Assembly (NCBI GenBank): GCA_965203295.1
Contig: CBDBCZ010000017.1
Coordinates: forward strand, 2,495,318-2,559,317
DNA from: Nitrospirales bacterium
Lineage (GTDB): Bacteria; Nitrospirota; Nitrospiria; Nitrospirales; UBA8639
Direction: 5' to 3'
Length of the DNA stretch: 64,000 nucleotides
Shown here piece by piece: positions 1 to 13,700 of this stretch (its first letter is position 1; each line of letters opens with the position of its first letter). The translations under genes were made by a program, and so were the position numbers. A model generated the notes under the pieces. The model saw nothing but the letters and a program-made list of their open reading frames with translations. It was not told the origin of the DNA and did not search any database.

Positions 1-289
1 TGGCCTAAGCAACTGGCATCAGCCTAGTTCAACAAATCAGAGGGAAAAGCAGTACATGTACATACGCTGGTGAAGAAAGGGTGAGTTGTTATTGAGAGTC
101 TTTCATATTGTTGATTAGCTAAAGCCAAATGGAGCAACTTCTATAATAGAATACATATGTCCAACACAGAGTATTTTTATTTACACCCATCCGTCAACAG
201 CAAATCAGTGTACATGTAATGAGTGCATTGAGTATGGAATGGATAGAGATGCCCTTTTAGTTTTCATGTACTTCGTAATGCAAACTTAC

Positions 290-2290
290 CAGTGCAGCAA
301 TGTCTTCAGTGCCATAGGTAGTGATGACGGCACTAGGGTCATCAAAATCTCCGGTATAAGCATACAGTACTTGGATGTGTAGGGATGTTATAACATCTTG
401 ACACACGATGCCAACAGACCCCTGTTTTGTGTGTGTGCAAACAGAGTCTTCCTGTTAGTATGTCAGTTCCTTTATTAATGCTGGGGATAACTAGTCTACA
501 ATGATGAATGCATTACCAATACTGATCACAGTAAACTCATGCATACATGCAGTGTCACACAAGCACATAACTAATAAATAATGAAAGCACTGAAGTGTAA
601 ACCTCACCCAGCATTCTTAGACTATAAATGTAACGTACATTTTGGTTAAAGGCTAGTCCCGTATGCTACCACTAAAAGTGGTGGCTTTTATGATGTATAT
701 GATTGGTTCCGCCAAGCAAACGGTAATTGCTAGCACAATATTCAAAACTATGTCATTCAGAGGTCGAAGTACATAATGGCCGACAGCTCAGTTTGTGCAG
801 CTTAGTTATATACACGAGCAGACGGAGATGCAGCGTTTGATGTACCAGTAGCCTGTACAGAAGCAGACCACTGCGGGCATAGCCTAGTAACAGGCATTGT
901 GCATTAAATATGCTACAAGCAAACTCACAACCGCCAGAAGAATGTTGTTTTGCTACAAGCAAACCCACAAAAATGCTGTTCGAGAATAGAAGCACGTGTA
1001 GTCATGTAAAGAGCTAGAGCCCTACGTGCTACCCCGTGACCCATTAAGGGGTGTGGTTTGCCACATCAAGAGCCTACTTCTAGAGCTATTCATGTACATG
1101 TAAACTCAACAGATGATATTTTTCCTATTGATGTAGTGGTTCACTAAGTTAGCCTATAATTACTACTTTGAGAAGGATTTGTACCCAGGCTTCCTCTCCA
1201 CCTCTTTTGTACAGTGCCTAAAAGCTGGGAGAGGAGCCTGCATGGATGAGTTTATGATAAATGGATTGGTTGCCTTATAGTGTAATAAATTTTTACAGCA
1301 TTTAAATGTTGTGGGTTTGTAACTGGGTCAAGATAAGACTTTCTGGAGCCATAGTGATCACAAGGATAACAGTCTCATTTCCATGAATTAGCTATGGCGA
1401 TATTCTTAGCTGATTCAGTTTTACCAGCCAATGTACATTTAATAAGTATCCACATTTGCAGTCCAGCTGTGAAAATCAAGGCTGTCAGGCAGCACATTGT
1501 ATGACAATCAACTTGATTGCATGGCCTAGCTGGGAACAATATAATCCTTGTCCATTGTTTAACACCCAATATTATTCTTCCCTCTCTCCTCCACACAGCC
1601 TCACTAACCTGGTAGAAGTCTCTGTATGTCTCCATCTCGAGCTGTAATGGAGGCCGGCTCCCTGGTCCCCCATATGTTTCAAGCTGTGAGGAGAACTGCT
1701 CCACAGTGCCAACGAAATCTGGGTCATCAAACATCAGCCTGGAAGGGTCTGAAAAGAAAACAGCTTACAAAGTTGTAATTAAGAACAGTTTGCAACCCCC
1801 CAAAAAAGAGAAAAATACAAATGTATTTAAAGGACAACAGTGAAATCCCTCTATTGTGGACACCTTGGGGACATGGTATAGATAGGTGTCCACATTTCAG
1901 GGGTAAATTCATATTATTAAGATGGGACATAGCAAAGTGTCCTTAATATAGAGGTGTCCATAATTCAGGGATATCCTTTATGAGGGGATCCACTTAATTT
2001 ATAAGGGGAGACAGTGACTATAGTTTTTACTTGCGAGTTCTAAGGTTGATTTTGAAAACCGATTTTGAATTCTCTATTTGCTATAGCCTTGTAAATTTTT
2101 TGAGGGTGGGGGGCTTCATATATGAGAATTTAATGTCCTGTATCACTTACTGCGATCCCTCTGCACACAAAATGCTCCGGGATTTGGACATGAACACGAG
2201 TGAAGAGAAGAGCGTAGGATGTCATCTGACTCGAGGTATACTTGGTCCACTGGGCTTTAGGGACAAACAGTGGAGCAGTACAGCAAATTC
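290..2290 (-). pseudogene. Tectonic-like gene fragments (copy 1); exons ~290-451, ~1608-1737, ~2150-2290
   Basis: Exon 451-290 (AG/GT bounded) reads CQDVITSLHIQVLYAYTGDFDDPSAVIT, resembling the tectonic C-terminal LHIEVLYAxxGxxxNPQAKI motif. The terminal exon seen next to copy 2 supports the family call. The middle of the gene is missing. Confidence 0.6.
1838..1994. mobile_element. Degenerate Tigger/pogo-type MITE (also ~42037-42201)
   Basis: Ends cagtgaaatccctcta...tgaggggatccact are inverted repeats; internal ggacac/gtgtcc motifs. Confidence 0.55.
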
Positions 2291-2699
2291 ATAAGCAAAT
2301 CTATTTGCCCGAAAACACATCACAGTAGTATCAGCTATTGGGAAAGGTATATATGGTGTAAATATCATGTTACGTAAACAGTGAAATTGAGGGGGTCTAC
2401 ATATTTACAGCCCTGTAATTATAAACCCTCAGGGCCTGTTGGTTTTAGATCCCTATAAGACATTTATACTAAATTGGTTCTCACAATAGCAACCATTAAG
2501 CTGGCTAACTGTGAGACGACTCTAATCTCGAGTTTTCCAGCAACCAACAACAGCTTCACTGTTGGAACCTAAACTCAGAAACTGATTCACAGACTGATCA
2601 TGACATCATGGAGACCTATCTCAGCTGCTTTTGAGTGCAGCACTACTAGCAGTGGCAAGTGGGCAATTGTGCTAGAATTAGCGCTCTCAAATGTACGTA

Positions 2700-3000
2700 A
2701 GTCACCTGAAGATCCAAAGGAACTTTGTCCCGAAACTAGCTACCTGCAATACAACTAGGGCCAGGCCGCACCCACATACACCATCCATCACAACCGATGA
2801 CCCGCCCCTTTGCCATCATCCAGGCGATAAACAATTAATGTTCCGTACCGATGCGCAACTTGTACTTGTCCGGTTACGCAACGCAACCCGACGCCGGTTG
2901 CGTAAAACCGTATACACCTCCACGTGGTCGATCGAACTTGCAGACTACTTGCAGGACCAGAGACGGTATGCAGTGGCTTGCACTGTGTGGGCAACTCGAA
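2700..3000. promoter_or_regulatory. CpG-rich putative bidirectional promoter between tectonic-like (-) and ATR-like (+) genes (also ~42950-43250)
   Basis: Local CpG enrichment in a CpG-poor background; inverted ttacgcaa/ttgcgtaa motifs and a cacgtg box; lies between divergent gene remnants. Confidence 0.4.
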
Positions 3001-3453
3001 ATCAGGAAACAATTTAGTATGGAGTTGTCTTTGGCCAGATCTGCGAGCAAGTGAGTCCTTAGATTTAGGGATTGGTACGACTTATTTCTGCATGAACGTG
3101 CGCTCTCATCAGCTATCAATCCGTAATATTTCTTTGGCTGCACTATAATAAATCGTAGGTGGATGCTAAATAGAACCCCACGGATTTCTCACGCGGATCC
3201 TTGGAGTGTTGAAAATTTCATCTGTACTTTAATAAGTATGATGTAATTTCCGTAAAAAAAAAATTGCCACCATGTGTTCATTTGTTTACGAGTCGGACAG
3301 TGCGTGGTTAGCCTGCATACACCATATGTGATATCTGTGGACGGGGGGTTGTTCATGGTGATGCTGTGGTACTCCGTCCCTGCTTCCTGTGCAAAAGAGA
3401 GATTGCTAACTGCCGGATTCTTTATGGTGACTCGCAGCCACCAAGCACTTCCT

Positions 3454-3572
3454 ACCGGTGTACACGCAATATTGGGACCCCCCAAAATGGGGACCCCCGG
3501 TCCCCATATCACTAGAGATATGGGGACCGGGGTCCCCGAAATCTCTAGCGATATGGGGACCGAGGGGCCGCA
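3454..3572. repeat. GGGGACC/GGTCCCC palindromic module, probably a truncated DNA-transposon end (also ~43737-43855)
   Basis: Repeated atatggggacc / ggtccccatat units in both orientations after ccggtgtacacgcaatattggg. Confidence 0.5.
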
Positions 3573-5319
3573 AAGCGCTGGTGGTATGGAGATCCTTTAT
3601 TACAAATTTATGTATCAATGTAAGCGTAGTGTACGTAAGAATTTTTTGTCACTTCTATATATGCAGTTGGCTAATTGAAGAGGTCATCCATTGTTTAGCT
3701 ACATGATGGAAGAGTTTATTTACTTTGCCTCTGTTAGAGATATGTCAATGATTAGCTATTGTTCATGTTGTAGTTGTAACCATGCTCAAAGATGCTTTAG
3801 GCCCTTTCCTGTTTTCTTGTACATAGACTTCTGACTCCTCATTTTCCCTTGTCCTTGCCACCTGTTCTTGTGCCACCTGTCTATGGAACATTCTAGAACT
3901 CTCTTCTTTTCTATATATAGTGTCTCTTTTTGCCACTGTGTAGTTGTTCAGTTGTTCAGTCTTCACGATTACTATTGGAATGTTACTGAGAAGTTGGTGT
4001 ACCTATCTACTCTGCGCATCGTTAATCTACTGAAAGCATGCGTCCCTGGCTAGTTCAACTAGTCAACGTTTGACCCGAGAAAAAACTCTACCAAAACAGC
4101 CTCAGGTACGTGCTGTCGATACTTAAACCTTGCTCTGCGCTGGTTTACGCTTGTATATATGTACGTACGTATAGTGACTCATCTTGTGCTTGGATAAAGT
4201 GGGTACGTTGAGTCATACTCTGTGTCGGGTTATGGCCGTTGCATAGTAAAAACATTGCATTTCCAGGTTTTGAAGACAAATTAGATATTTAATAATTGCA
4301 TACGCATGTAACGTTACACCTGTTTGTGTACTAATGTTTGCTTGTTCGAGATGAACTCCTAATTCACAATTATTTAAACCTTACAGTTAAAACCTTATGG
4401 TGTACCTCTACTGCAGCAGTGCTGGAAATCGTATCTATTGCAGCAGTAACTGTGCAGCACTTCTTGCATGTGTTGGTCAAGCCCTCAACTATTAGGTTAT
4501 TGATATGAAGGGTATACGTGTACCTATAGCATGCTGGTCTTTTACTCTTTGTTCTTCAGACCTTGCCAAGCTAGACCAACAGTGGCTTGATAATGAGCTA
4601 CAGTTCCCAGTCTACCTCTCTCACTTTCAATTCTCTTGGGGGAAGATGGACCAAGATGATGGTTGCAGAAAGGTACACCAAAACCCTCTGTGTGTACTAC
4701 TAAAGTTATCACTATTTTGGGAGGTATATAGGTTTGTATATACCAGATCTCCATGCAGACCTTTTTTGCAACCATATGAACAAAACGAACATTATTCTGT
4801 CTCATTGATCGCATCACTGCATTTGAAATGTGATGTCTCTGAACTTCCGTATATACACCGAAGGTTATATGCGGTGCGTGGTTGCATAGATAGTTGCTGC
4901 ATTTATTGAGCCCCACAAGTATGACGCCTGTTCTCTATCACACACGGTCTTTTTATTCACATAGATGTGGCATACAGTGGCTCGAAAAATTATGCTTATA
5001 CAAACCTTCCTGTTGTTTTGCGGGCACGGCAGTGTGTTCCTCTCCCATGTAGAGCTAGGCCGCAAAGTACAATATCATGTGTTGTTTGACAAGGTGTATG
5101 TTAGTAAGACAGACAGCACATGGCACAATCAAGTTGCTCACGAATCGCAAGGGATATTGACGTTGCATATATAGCTGCTGCACTGTATTGTCAGCAGAAG
5201 TGTAAGAATATACATGTGCTATCGATTATGAGTACACTACGAATAGAAGGGATCTGTGGTAGACAGTCATTTATTTCATTCTGGTGTGTTGTGGCTGCCT
5301 TACATACATGTCAATTGCT

Positions 5320-5723
5320 GACATTTCATGTCTAAAAAACCAGCCGGGCACCTTTCCCGTACAATACACGCAACTCAGCTTAGGCCAAGCTACCTGCTGC
5401 TATAGAATGCGGTACAGCAAAAGTGCTGACTCAGCAGTTTCGGTGTGCGCCTCCAGTTAGTAGCTATACCCCATGAAAACGGGATCTTTAAGGCTGCCTA
5501 CCAAGTTTTCGCCATCTAGGCAACACACAACTCATTTGCTGTAGCTTAGTCTGCAATCCTCCAAAAGTTGCTATACACTGCAGTTGCATAGTAACATATG
5601 ACGTAATATATTGCGCACGTAATAAGTGTGGACACACAAACAAACAAACACACAGACACGGAAAACGTAAAGCAATCTTAGGACCAGCCGTTCGTGCGCT
5701 GCGTGCGCTCCAGCTGGTAAAAA
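5320..5723 (-). mobile_element. Helentron/DINE-like non-autonomous repeat; related copies ~12370-12785 (+), ~15190-15440 (-), ~33780-33960 (+), ~34224-34470 (+) and in duplicate copy 2
   Basis: Starts tttttaccagc...gctggt (short terminal palindrome), then a (tgtc/tgtt)n microsatellite, a layout typical of HINE/DINE elements; dispersed multi-copy similarity visible. Confidence 0.55.
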
Positions 5724-7571
5724 TTAGACCACCAAGTAGCCTAAGAATACCTAGTCTCAGGTCAAGCTTTGTGATGTAGTATGACATGAGCAATACATGC
5801 ACATGTAGATATGGTACTCTGCACCTGAAGAAACTGATGCATGTTAATGTCATGATGAACCCCTTCAGTCAGCAACTGGGAGTTTCTTGGAAGTCACTGT
5901 TGATGCTATTCATCATTAGGCATAGACGTGCACTCAGAGGATACAGGGATTTGTCCTAGGGGGTCCTCAAAATTGCTCATCAATGGGGGTGATCCTTATT
6001 AACTGGAATAGCCCAATCTTGTAATTCATCTTTTTATTCTAATGTAGGAGATTGTCTGGACGTTTTGTTGATGAGATTTGCCAGGCCCCTCTTCTACCTA
6101 GATGTACATCAGCTCTGGGCTGAAAACCAAAAAGGTAACTATACCTTTGCACTTGCCATGTAGTGTGTACACATTTTACAGCATGTTAGTGTAAGTCAAT
6201 TGTCTTGACAGTGTGTGTGTAATTTAAATCGGTTAAGTGTTTATATATGGAACTACATGTAGCACTGCTTTACAATTAACTTAGTGCAAGTTACAACGTA
6301 ATTAACACATCGCAGAAAAAAACGGTAACCTATTTGGCAGAGAGTGGCCATGCAATTTACATTCATGTTTGTGTTCGCATTTGCGTTCATGTGCATGTTC
6401 ATATTCACAATGCGATTCACGTTCGCCCTTTCCTAATATTTGTATGGTGGCTGAGAGTATGTCCATTTACTAACTTAATAGTTATGTACATGTACTAAGT
6501 AAGTAAAGTATGTAGATGGATATAATTTTGGACTAGGTGAACTATCATCCGCATACGTAGCTCATTGTGGTTATGCAGCCGTGACGGTATGAGCTCATTC
6601 AGTGATGATTCTGCACAATCGTAGATGCAGGTTCTTTCGCTGTGTCGTCAGTGCTGAAAGATACTCCCAATTTCTCCAACATGGCATGTACTTGTCCGGC
6701 CTGTAAGCTTACAAATGGCAAGCCTGATGTCACTTCCTGTTCCCCTAGTGCATTTTCTATCACTGGCTCTATAGTGACGTCACCAAGGTCTTTGCATAAA
6801 CTCCTGATGTGTATATCATGTGTCATACTAGGTGTCCTTTGAGTTCAGGATATAGTGCACTCAGGAATAGATGACAACATACATGTATTTCACTATCTTC
6901 AAAAGCCGCAGCTACTACTGTGGTCATTGATTCTGCATTGTAGACTAACATGGACAGGTTGTTCCACTTAACATGTACATGTTATGTTATTATAATGCAG
7001 TAGATTGCACGAGGTGAGAAAATGCCAGCAGAGTGTTTAAGGGTAGCTACTGTAGTACAATCGTACTCTGTACAAGCAGTTGTTCGCAGAATGCATTTGG
7101 TTCTGGCCAAATTATTGACTCTGCTGGAGCAGGTACATTAATTTCAGGTGCTGTCAATGCACACACACATCCATACATGGCCTTAATAGGCGTATTTTAC
7201 TGCATGCCTCTGTGGTGGATTTGGTTAGGTGGGATCTTGTTAATGTTTGCATTAATTAATATACTTCAGCTGCCAGTTACATGTACATGTACTCTGCAGC
7301 TGCGTTCGACACATCTATTAATTATATCACTTGTGCATACATGCATGGTATTCCATGCAAAGGGTCTCGGGAACTGCTGAGTGATATTACGTATGTATCA
7401 AGCACATTGCTAGGCTCTGCCCAGTGCAAGCTGCTTAGCAACCATTGTCTTCCTGATCAGCCAGAATGACAGTTGTCACTGGACGTCCTGCCGCCCACTG
7501 ATGCTCAATCTTTTCTTTGCTACCACTATTTTTGTATCATTGCACATGTAGCACTATTCACTGGCTATTAA

Positions 7572-7713
7572 CCCTTTACCAACCATAAGAAACAGCTTAA
7601 AGAAGCAGAAAAGCCTGTACAAAGTATTAACGCCTAGTATTAATACCCCATATAAATTCATATGGGCTTATGGGAGCTCATGACGCATATATGCGTCATT
7701 GGTTGGTAAAGAG
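7572..7713. mobile_element. piggyBac-type MITE (142 bp), present only in duplicate copy 1
   Basis: TTAA on both sides (7568-7571, 7714-7717); TIRs ccctttaccaacca / tggttggtaaagag; empty single-TTAA site in copy 2 at 49557-49560. Confidence 0.9.
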
Positions 7714-10700
7714 TTAAAGAATGAAACTTTTGTTTCAATTTCAGTTAGCCAACTTAATTGAAAATAGAACACTGTTAGTATTAGTTTACCATAATAAATG
7801 GGTTGATTTTGCTGAAAAAAACAACATAAGTTGTAGTTTATTCCCAGTACTTTTGAATTCTACATTAGTTTTAGTAATTAACTAAGTCTGTTTTGGTTCA
7901 ACTAGACGACCTTTGTTTTCAGTTTCAGTTAACTAAATCATCACTACTACTTACCCCTATCCATGTGCAGAAGTAATTGCTCCACAAGCTCTTTCTCTTT
8001 ATATTCAGATTGTATTCCTACAACATCGGTCATCCTAGATCACATACTGTGGCTTATTGGACTACAGTGGCTGCAGGTCAGTTTCTATTATGTTAAATAC
8101 AGGTTTTGTGAATGTCTGCTCAAGAATTAACTCATTGCACACGACCATGTTTTCACACGGGAGATTAGCCTTTGCGTAATAAATTATTAAAGTGTACTAA
8201 GCGTATTAGTGTAGCAATTGATTAACTTTTTCGCTAACCGTGTCAAGGAAGTGGCAGATTCTCTGTTTTTTTTTTTCAAAGACTGTTGGCCACAGCTATT
8301 CAGCACATAAGGGCTGCTGATTGGACCATAAAAGCCTCTTCAGGATCGATCACAAGGTTCATGGTAATTTATATTTCCAATACAGCAATATTGAAAACGA
8401 AGTCTGTGCACTCTAGCAGCAAAGCAAAACAGTCCAACTGACTCCCTGACTGTCTCCAGAAGCAAGATTGTCAAAGCTACCACTGGCACTGACTCTAGTG
8501 TCCAATTAACTGTGTAATTAATTATGTAGCTTGCCATAGTTGGCGATCATTCATTGCCTGCCAATTTTGCCATGTATGAGGGGTTATTTTACGGTTACAT
8601 CACTGATTAAATGTGTGGCCAAAAGACACTGTAGCCGTAGGGAGGGGCTTTCCCTTCGCCAAAGGCCGGCACACACGAGCAAGTCCGCAAAAGCCTATAA
8701 ATAGGCGTTTCGCATACACTGTAGACTAATTACTCTATGTGTGCCTATATATATATATAATCACGCCACATGCAATCTGTTAGGTGTTTTATAACTGCTG
8801 CAATAAACATGCTTATTACATTTCTGTGCTTTTAAGTCCCTCTGCTAGAGGGAGATACAGGTTAGACTCTGTGTAGTGATCAATCTGCCTTTCTGTAGAT
8901 TGATGAAAGTACACCTGCAACAGGGGACCTGGTTGCTGGTAGCAGTCTCACTCGGGAACAGTGCCAGCTAATAAGAGAGACTACCCAACAACTCCTCAGC
9001 AGAGGTTAGCAACTTCCATCTGTTGTGTACAACATAGCACATGCACACATGTGAAAGTTTGTGGTCATGTGTAAATGGTCTATGTCATATGGAGGACAGT
9101 GTAGGAATTGTTTTACGAATTTGAAGACTCTACAAACACTGAGGCCTCAACAGAGGGCTTTATGGCAGCAGCTTGCAGCAAGCCTTTGAACACTGTTTAA
9201 TTCAGTCGTGTGCGTTAAGCTGAATAATGTTCACCTTTTCAGCTTCTAGTTATTTGTATACCTCCCCATGAATTGCAACCTTGCCAAGGCCCTCTGATGA
9301 GTCAATAGAAAAAAACTACGTGTTTTGATTGTTTCCCAAATATGCCATTGTTTCTGTAGTTGAACTAATTTTTGAGCATCACCGGATGGATGTAGATACA
9401 CTCTCAGTAAACAACTGAGATGTTAAGTAGTAGCTGATGATTGGCCGCCATGTGTGTTTGGGTGTGCTAGTGCTATACATATTACTGGAAGTGGGTGAGG
9501 CCTGCAATCAATACTACAAACCCTTCACACTTTGAGTTGAAAGTTTTCACCAATTTGTGTACATTGTAACAGACATGTAGGTATATATGTACATTTTCCA
9601 CTTTGGGAATCAAACATTAAACCATGAAGGGTAGAACCATTTACCTCTAATTATTCGGTTTTTCTAATCATCTGAATGCATTACTGTGTTTGCTCTGATT
9701 CACCTATAAATCATATTTTAACCATTCTATAATTACACAATAGACATTGCTATAACACTTCAACCGAACGCTGCCTACTTTTGTCGCAGTGTCCACTCAT
9801 TGTGAACCCATCCATTCGCTGATTGAACCAAGTATTCAGTAGAGGCAACGAATGCTCATTGAACCACTGTCTGAGCACTGCCATTTCCTGACTGAACATA
9901 CATGTAGCTGTTCGCTGACGGAACACTGCTGTTTATCACCCAAATACAGTGTTCATGTACCCAACACAACCGTCACCAACTAAACACAGCCTTTCACCAA
10001 CTGAACACAGCTGTTTGTGAACTAAACACAGCCCTCGCTTGCTGATTGCTGCTGATCTTTTACGTAGATGTGATACATTCCATAGCAAACTGCTCTAATT
10101 TGCCCAATGCTTAGAAAATTTTCAATGCATTCTAATTTACAAAACTTGTCAAAACGAATGTTTTTGGCTATATGGAAAAACTTCCATCAAAATGAGTTGA
10201 CATGTGCAACTTATTTCATCATAATTATAAATATACCCACTCCACTGTTTGATACTTGTGATACTGTGGTTCTCAAGATTATTGGTTGTGTCTTTCAATT
10301 TTTTTGTTTTTGCTTCAGCCACATACAGCAAGACCTGCAGCTTAAAAGTGCTTGCAGTACTTCCTCAACACGTTGGGAAAACTCTTAAGCTCAGAGGGTT
10401 TCAGCAAGCATGTGTGAGTGCCCATCACTGATTGCCAAATTGTATATCTGAATAGCGAGAAGATTTATTTTATTTTCCCACTATTCGATACATAATTATT
10501 GAGGTCTTAAGTTCTGTGCAGTAGAATGCTTTCAGTACAAGGGCGTAACTGGAAAATACTCCATGTACTCAATTGTTAACAGCCAGACTTTGATCTAAAC
10601 AACCAAATCAAATTTCAATTAACACCGTTTCTGTGATGACATTAATTTACAATCAGTGAAAAAGCTGCTAATGGCGCTATCACAACCTGGATAGCAAAAC

Positions 10701-13700
10701 AAACTACCACATGGCTTTGTGGGATTAAAAGACTCTTTTCCTGCAATCATTGCTAGATAAGGACAACTAAACATGTCATAAATCCAAAACAAGAGCATCA
10801 CTGTATAAGTGCAGAACAAAGGGCACAGTATTGGATGGTACAATCAGGGTAACTACGTGTATGCTTTTCCCAACTACTAACTGCTCTACAGTTGAGCAAT
10901 CTACTGTATAGTCATGGATTTTCCCACTAGTATTTTTACCAGCTGGCCAGTTCTTATACATACATCGTGTATATCTGGTTTATACAGTATATACGTATAT
11001 GTATTTATGAGGCATTTTCATTATGCTGTAAGCATAGTTTTTCTCCATTGTCATAGGTTGATGGCTGTGACAATGTACGTGTGGCATTAGTGTCCACCAT
11101 TCCTGCTGTTCTGACATCTGTAGAGAAAGAAATGACATCGACACTGTTTGCATCTGTAATGTAAAGCTGATATGGGAAGCAGATGAGAGGAAATTCTTGT
11201 GTAGTTAGTGACTGCATGCATAGACCCTACTTAGGAGCAAGACACGTCATCAAAATATGAATAATCTCTGAGGAGAATAGTAATTTGACTCATATGTTTT
11301 CAAGTTTATTTTAGGTGGCCCAATTGTACTATGTATGTCTGATACATTCCATTTATGCTCCTTGCTGAGATGGTATGCGTAATATATATTTTCTTTCTCT
11401 CCAGTAATATGTAATATGAAATAGGAAACTAGCGAACTGCAGCTGATTTTAGCCAAGGAGCTACCCAGCGTTGTGTCTGCAGTGTCAAGACAGGATGTGC
11501 CACGGTACTGAGGTGTAGTGCAATGTTTCAGAGCTGTAGTTTTAATTTAGAATTTAGAACGGGTGAGTTTTTAATCTCTCTCTTGCCACTTTATTGTAGT
11601 CATGTTCACTATAGGGTTGTAGGTGAGTGATTGCCTCCATAGAGCCCTAACATTATTCAAGCAGAAACTTTATACACTCTCAAGTTATCATATTTTATTC
11701 CATAGGGACAGTGTAATTTGGCAAGTTTACGTAGACTCATAGAATATGAGACAGTAACTGTTGATAATTTTAAAATGTGACATAAGTATTGCATAATCCT
11801 TTCATTTATGTGATGCCCTTGCAGATGACTCTTCTGTGATTAGTTCCCCTTGCATACCCTTGTTCACCAATGAGTGTCAGCAAGTTCGGAATGCTATCAG
11901 GTACTACATGTACATAATCATAGCTTCACTTGACATACGTAGTATCTTTTGATCTAAGCCTGTGTATGTACATTCTGCAAGGTAGCAGTATAACAAGAAA
12001 TGGAATATTTTAATGTTAATACAAATTATATTTGTCAGATTTTAAACTATTTGTAGGTATGTATCTTTTAAATGTCAAGTGTATTATTTGTAGCTGTTTT
12101 TCTTCACAGGTTCACAGAATAGCAAAAGCTCATACACTAACCCCTGGGAAGATGCTGTCCCTGTTCAAGGACAATGTTTGTCAGGTGCATTAACTTGTAG
12201 GCCTTGTCTGCTATTGGATATGGCCTTAACTGGGAATCTTGGTACATGTTTTGCAGTTTCTTGTGGAGGTACTACATCAGAAGAAGGGTTTCATTTTGAA
12301 GGCAGACAAAAAAGGACCATTCTTTCAGGTGCGTGTGTAGACTTCCTCATGTTGTGAAATGGCATGATGCACAGCGCGCGAATGGCTGGTACTAAGATTG
12401 CTTTACGTTTTCTGTCTGTTTGTTTGTTTGTTTGTCTGTTTGTGCGTCCGCACTTATCACATGCGCCATATATTGCATCATACGTTACTATGCAACTGCA
12501 GTGTATAGCAGCTTTTGGAGGTTTGCAGGCCAAGCTACAGCAAATGGAGGTAGTTTTGTGTTGCCTAGATGGCGAAAATGTGGTGGGTATCCGTAAAGAT
12601 CCTGGTTTCTTGGCACATAGCTACTAACTGGAGGTGCATGATGAAACTGCTGAGCCAGCACTTTCGCTGTACCACTCTAGTATCTCCGGCTCTACAGCTG
12701 TAGTTAAATAGCTTGGCCTAAGCTGAGTTGTGTGTATTGTACGGAAAAGGCGTCCAGCTGGTTTATTTAGACATGAACTATCAGACTTGTTTTTGTTTTT
12801 AGAATTGGTTTAGGGCATTTTTTTTGTACGTGGGTTGTTATATCTGAAATTGGAATACTACAATAAATTAATTATATGGCGATAAGGATGGTAATGGTGA
12901 GACATCTGGTTGCTCTTGCTCTTGTCCTCTGACTGGAGATCTTTCAAGCTCCGCCTGCGTATGTGGGTGCGTGGTCAATGGCGTATGCGCTACGGCAGCA
13001 ACATGAGTATATTTATTTATTTAATTAGCGGCAGTAATTGAACAAAACAGTGATACACACACCCCAGGTAACAAATCAATAACAAGGTTTAGCTGTCTAC
13101 AGTATATTCCAAAGCTGCTTTTTCTATGCTATTTGTAGTCTGTTCTATGATAATAGCCATTTTGTAAACCTTCGTAACTTCTTGACAGCATACTGAAATA
13201 AATCTTCCTCGGTATTAAATCTTGAAAATTTACTGTTAGTGTGCTGCATCAAGTACATTTATTGAAGTTATATTGACTGTGAATATAATCTCTTATCCAG
13301 AGTCCAAGATCACTACTTGTGGAGTGTTTTAAATACATCTTTTTGCATCTCGTTTGTAATGGGCAGCAAACAGACCTCAACATTGCATCCAGATTTTTGA
13401 AGGTTTTGCAGACGTGTGTACATGTATATGTGTATGCGAGTGTACGTATGTGTATAGCCTTTGATTATCAGTTATATAAATACAACCAGAGCATATTAGT
13501 AGAGCTCAGGTATTGTAAATGTTTTGAATACAGAAAGGGAAAGTTAATTTGTAACATAGTTTGACACCCATCTTCCACTTTCAGTCTGAGGGAGACTTTG
13601 AGATGACCACTCTGCTTCGATCAGATGTGAAGAATGTCCTCAATCTCCTACTACTCCACTTGAGCACTCACAGGGAGAGAGTACTGGCTGGGATAAAGAT

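Noticed and set aside
616..1160. Another Crypton-type element starting cttagactata
   Set aside because: No matching internal inverted copy, long hairpin or CTAACCTATA end found.
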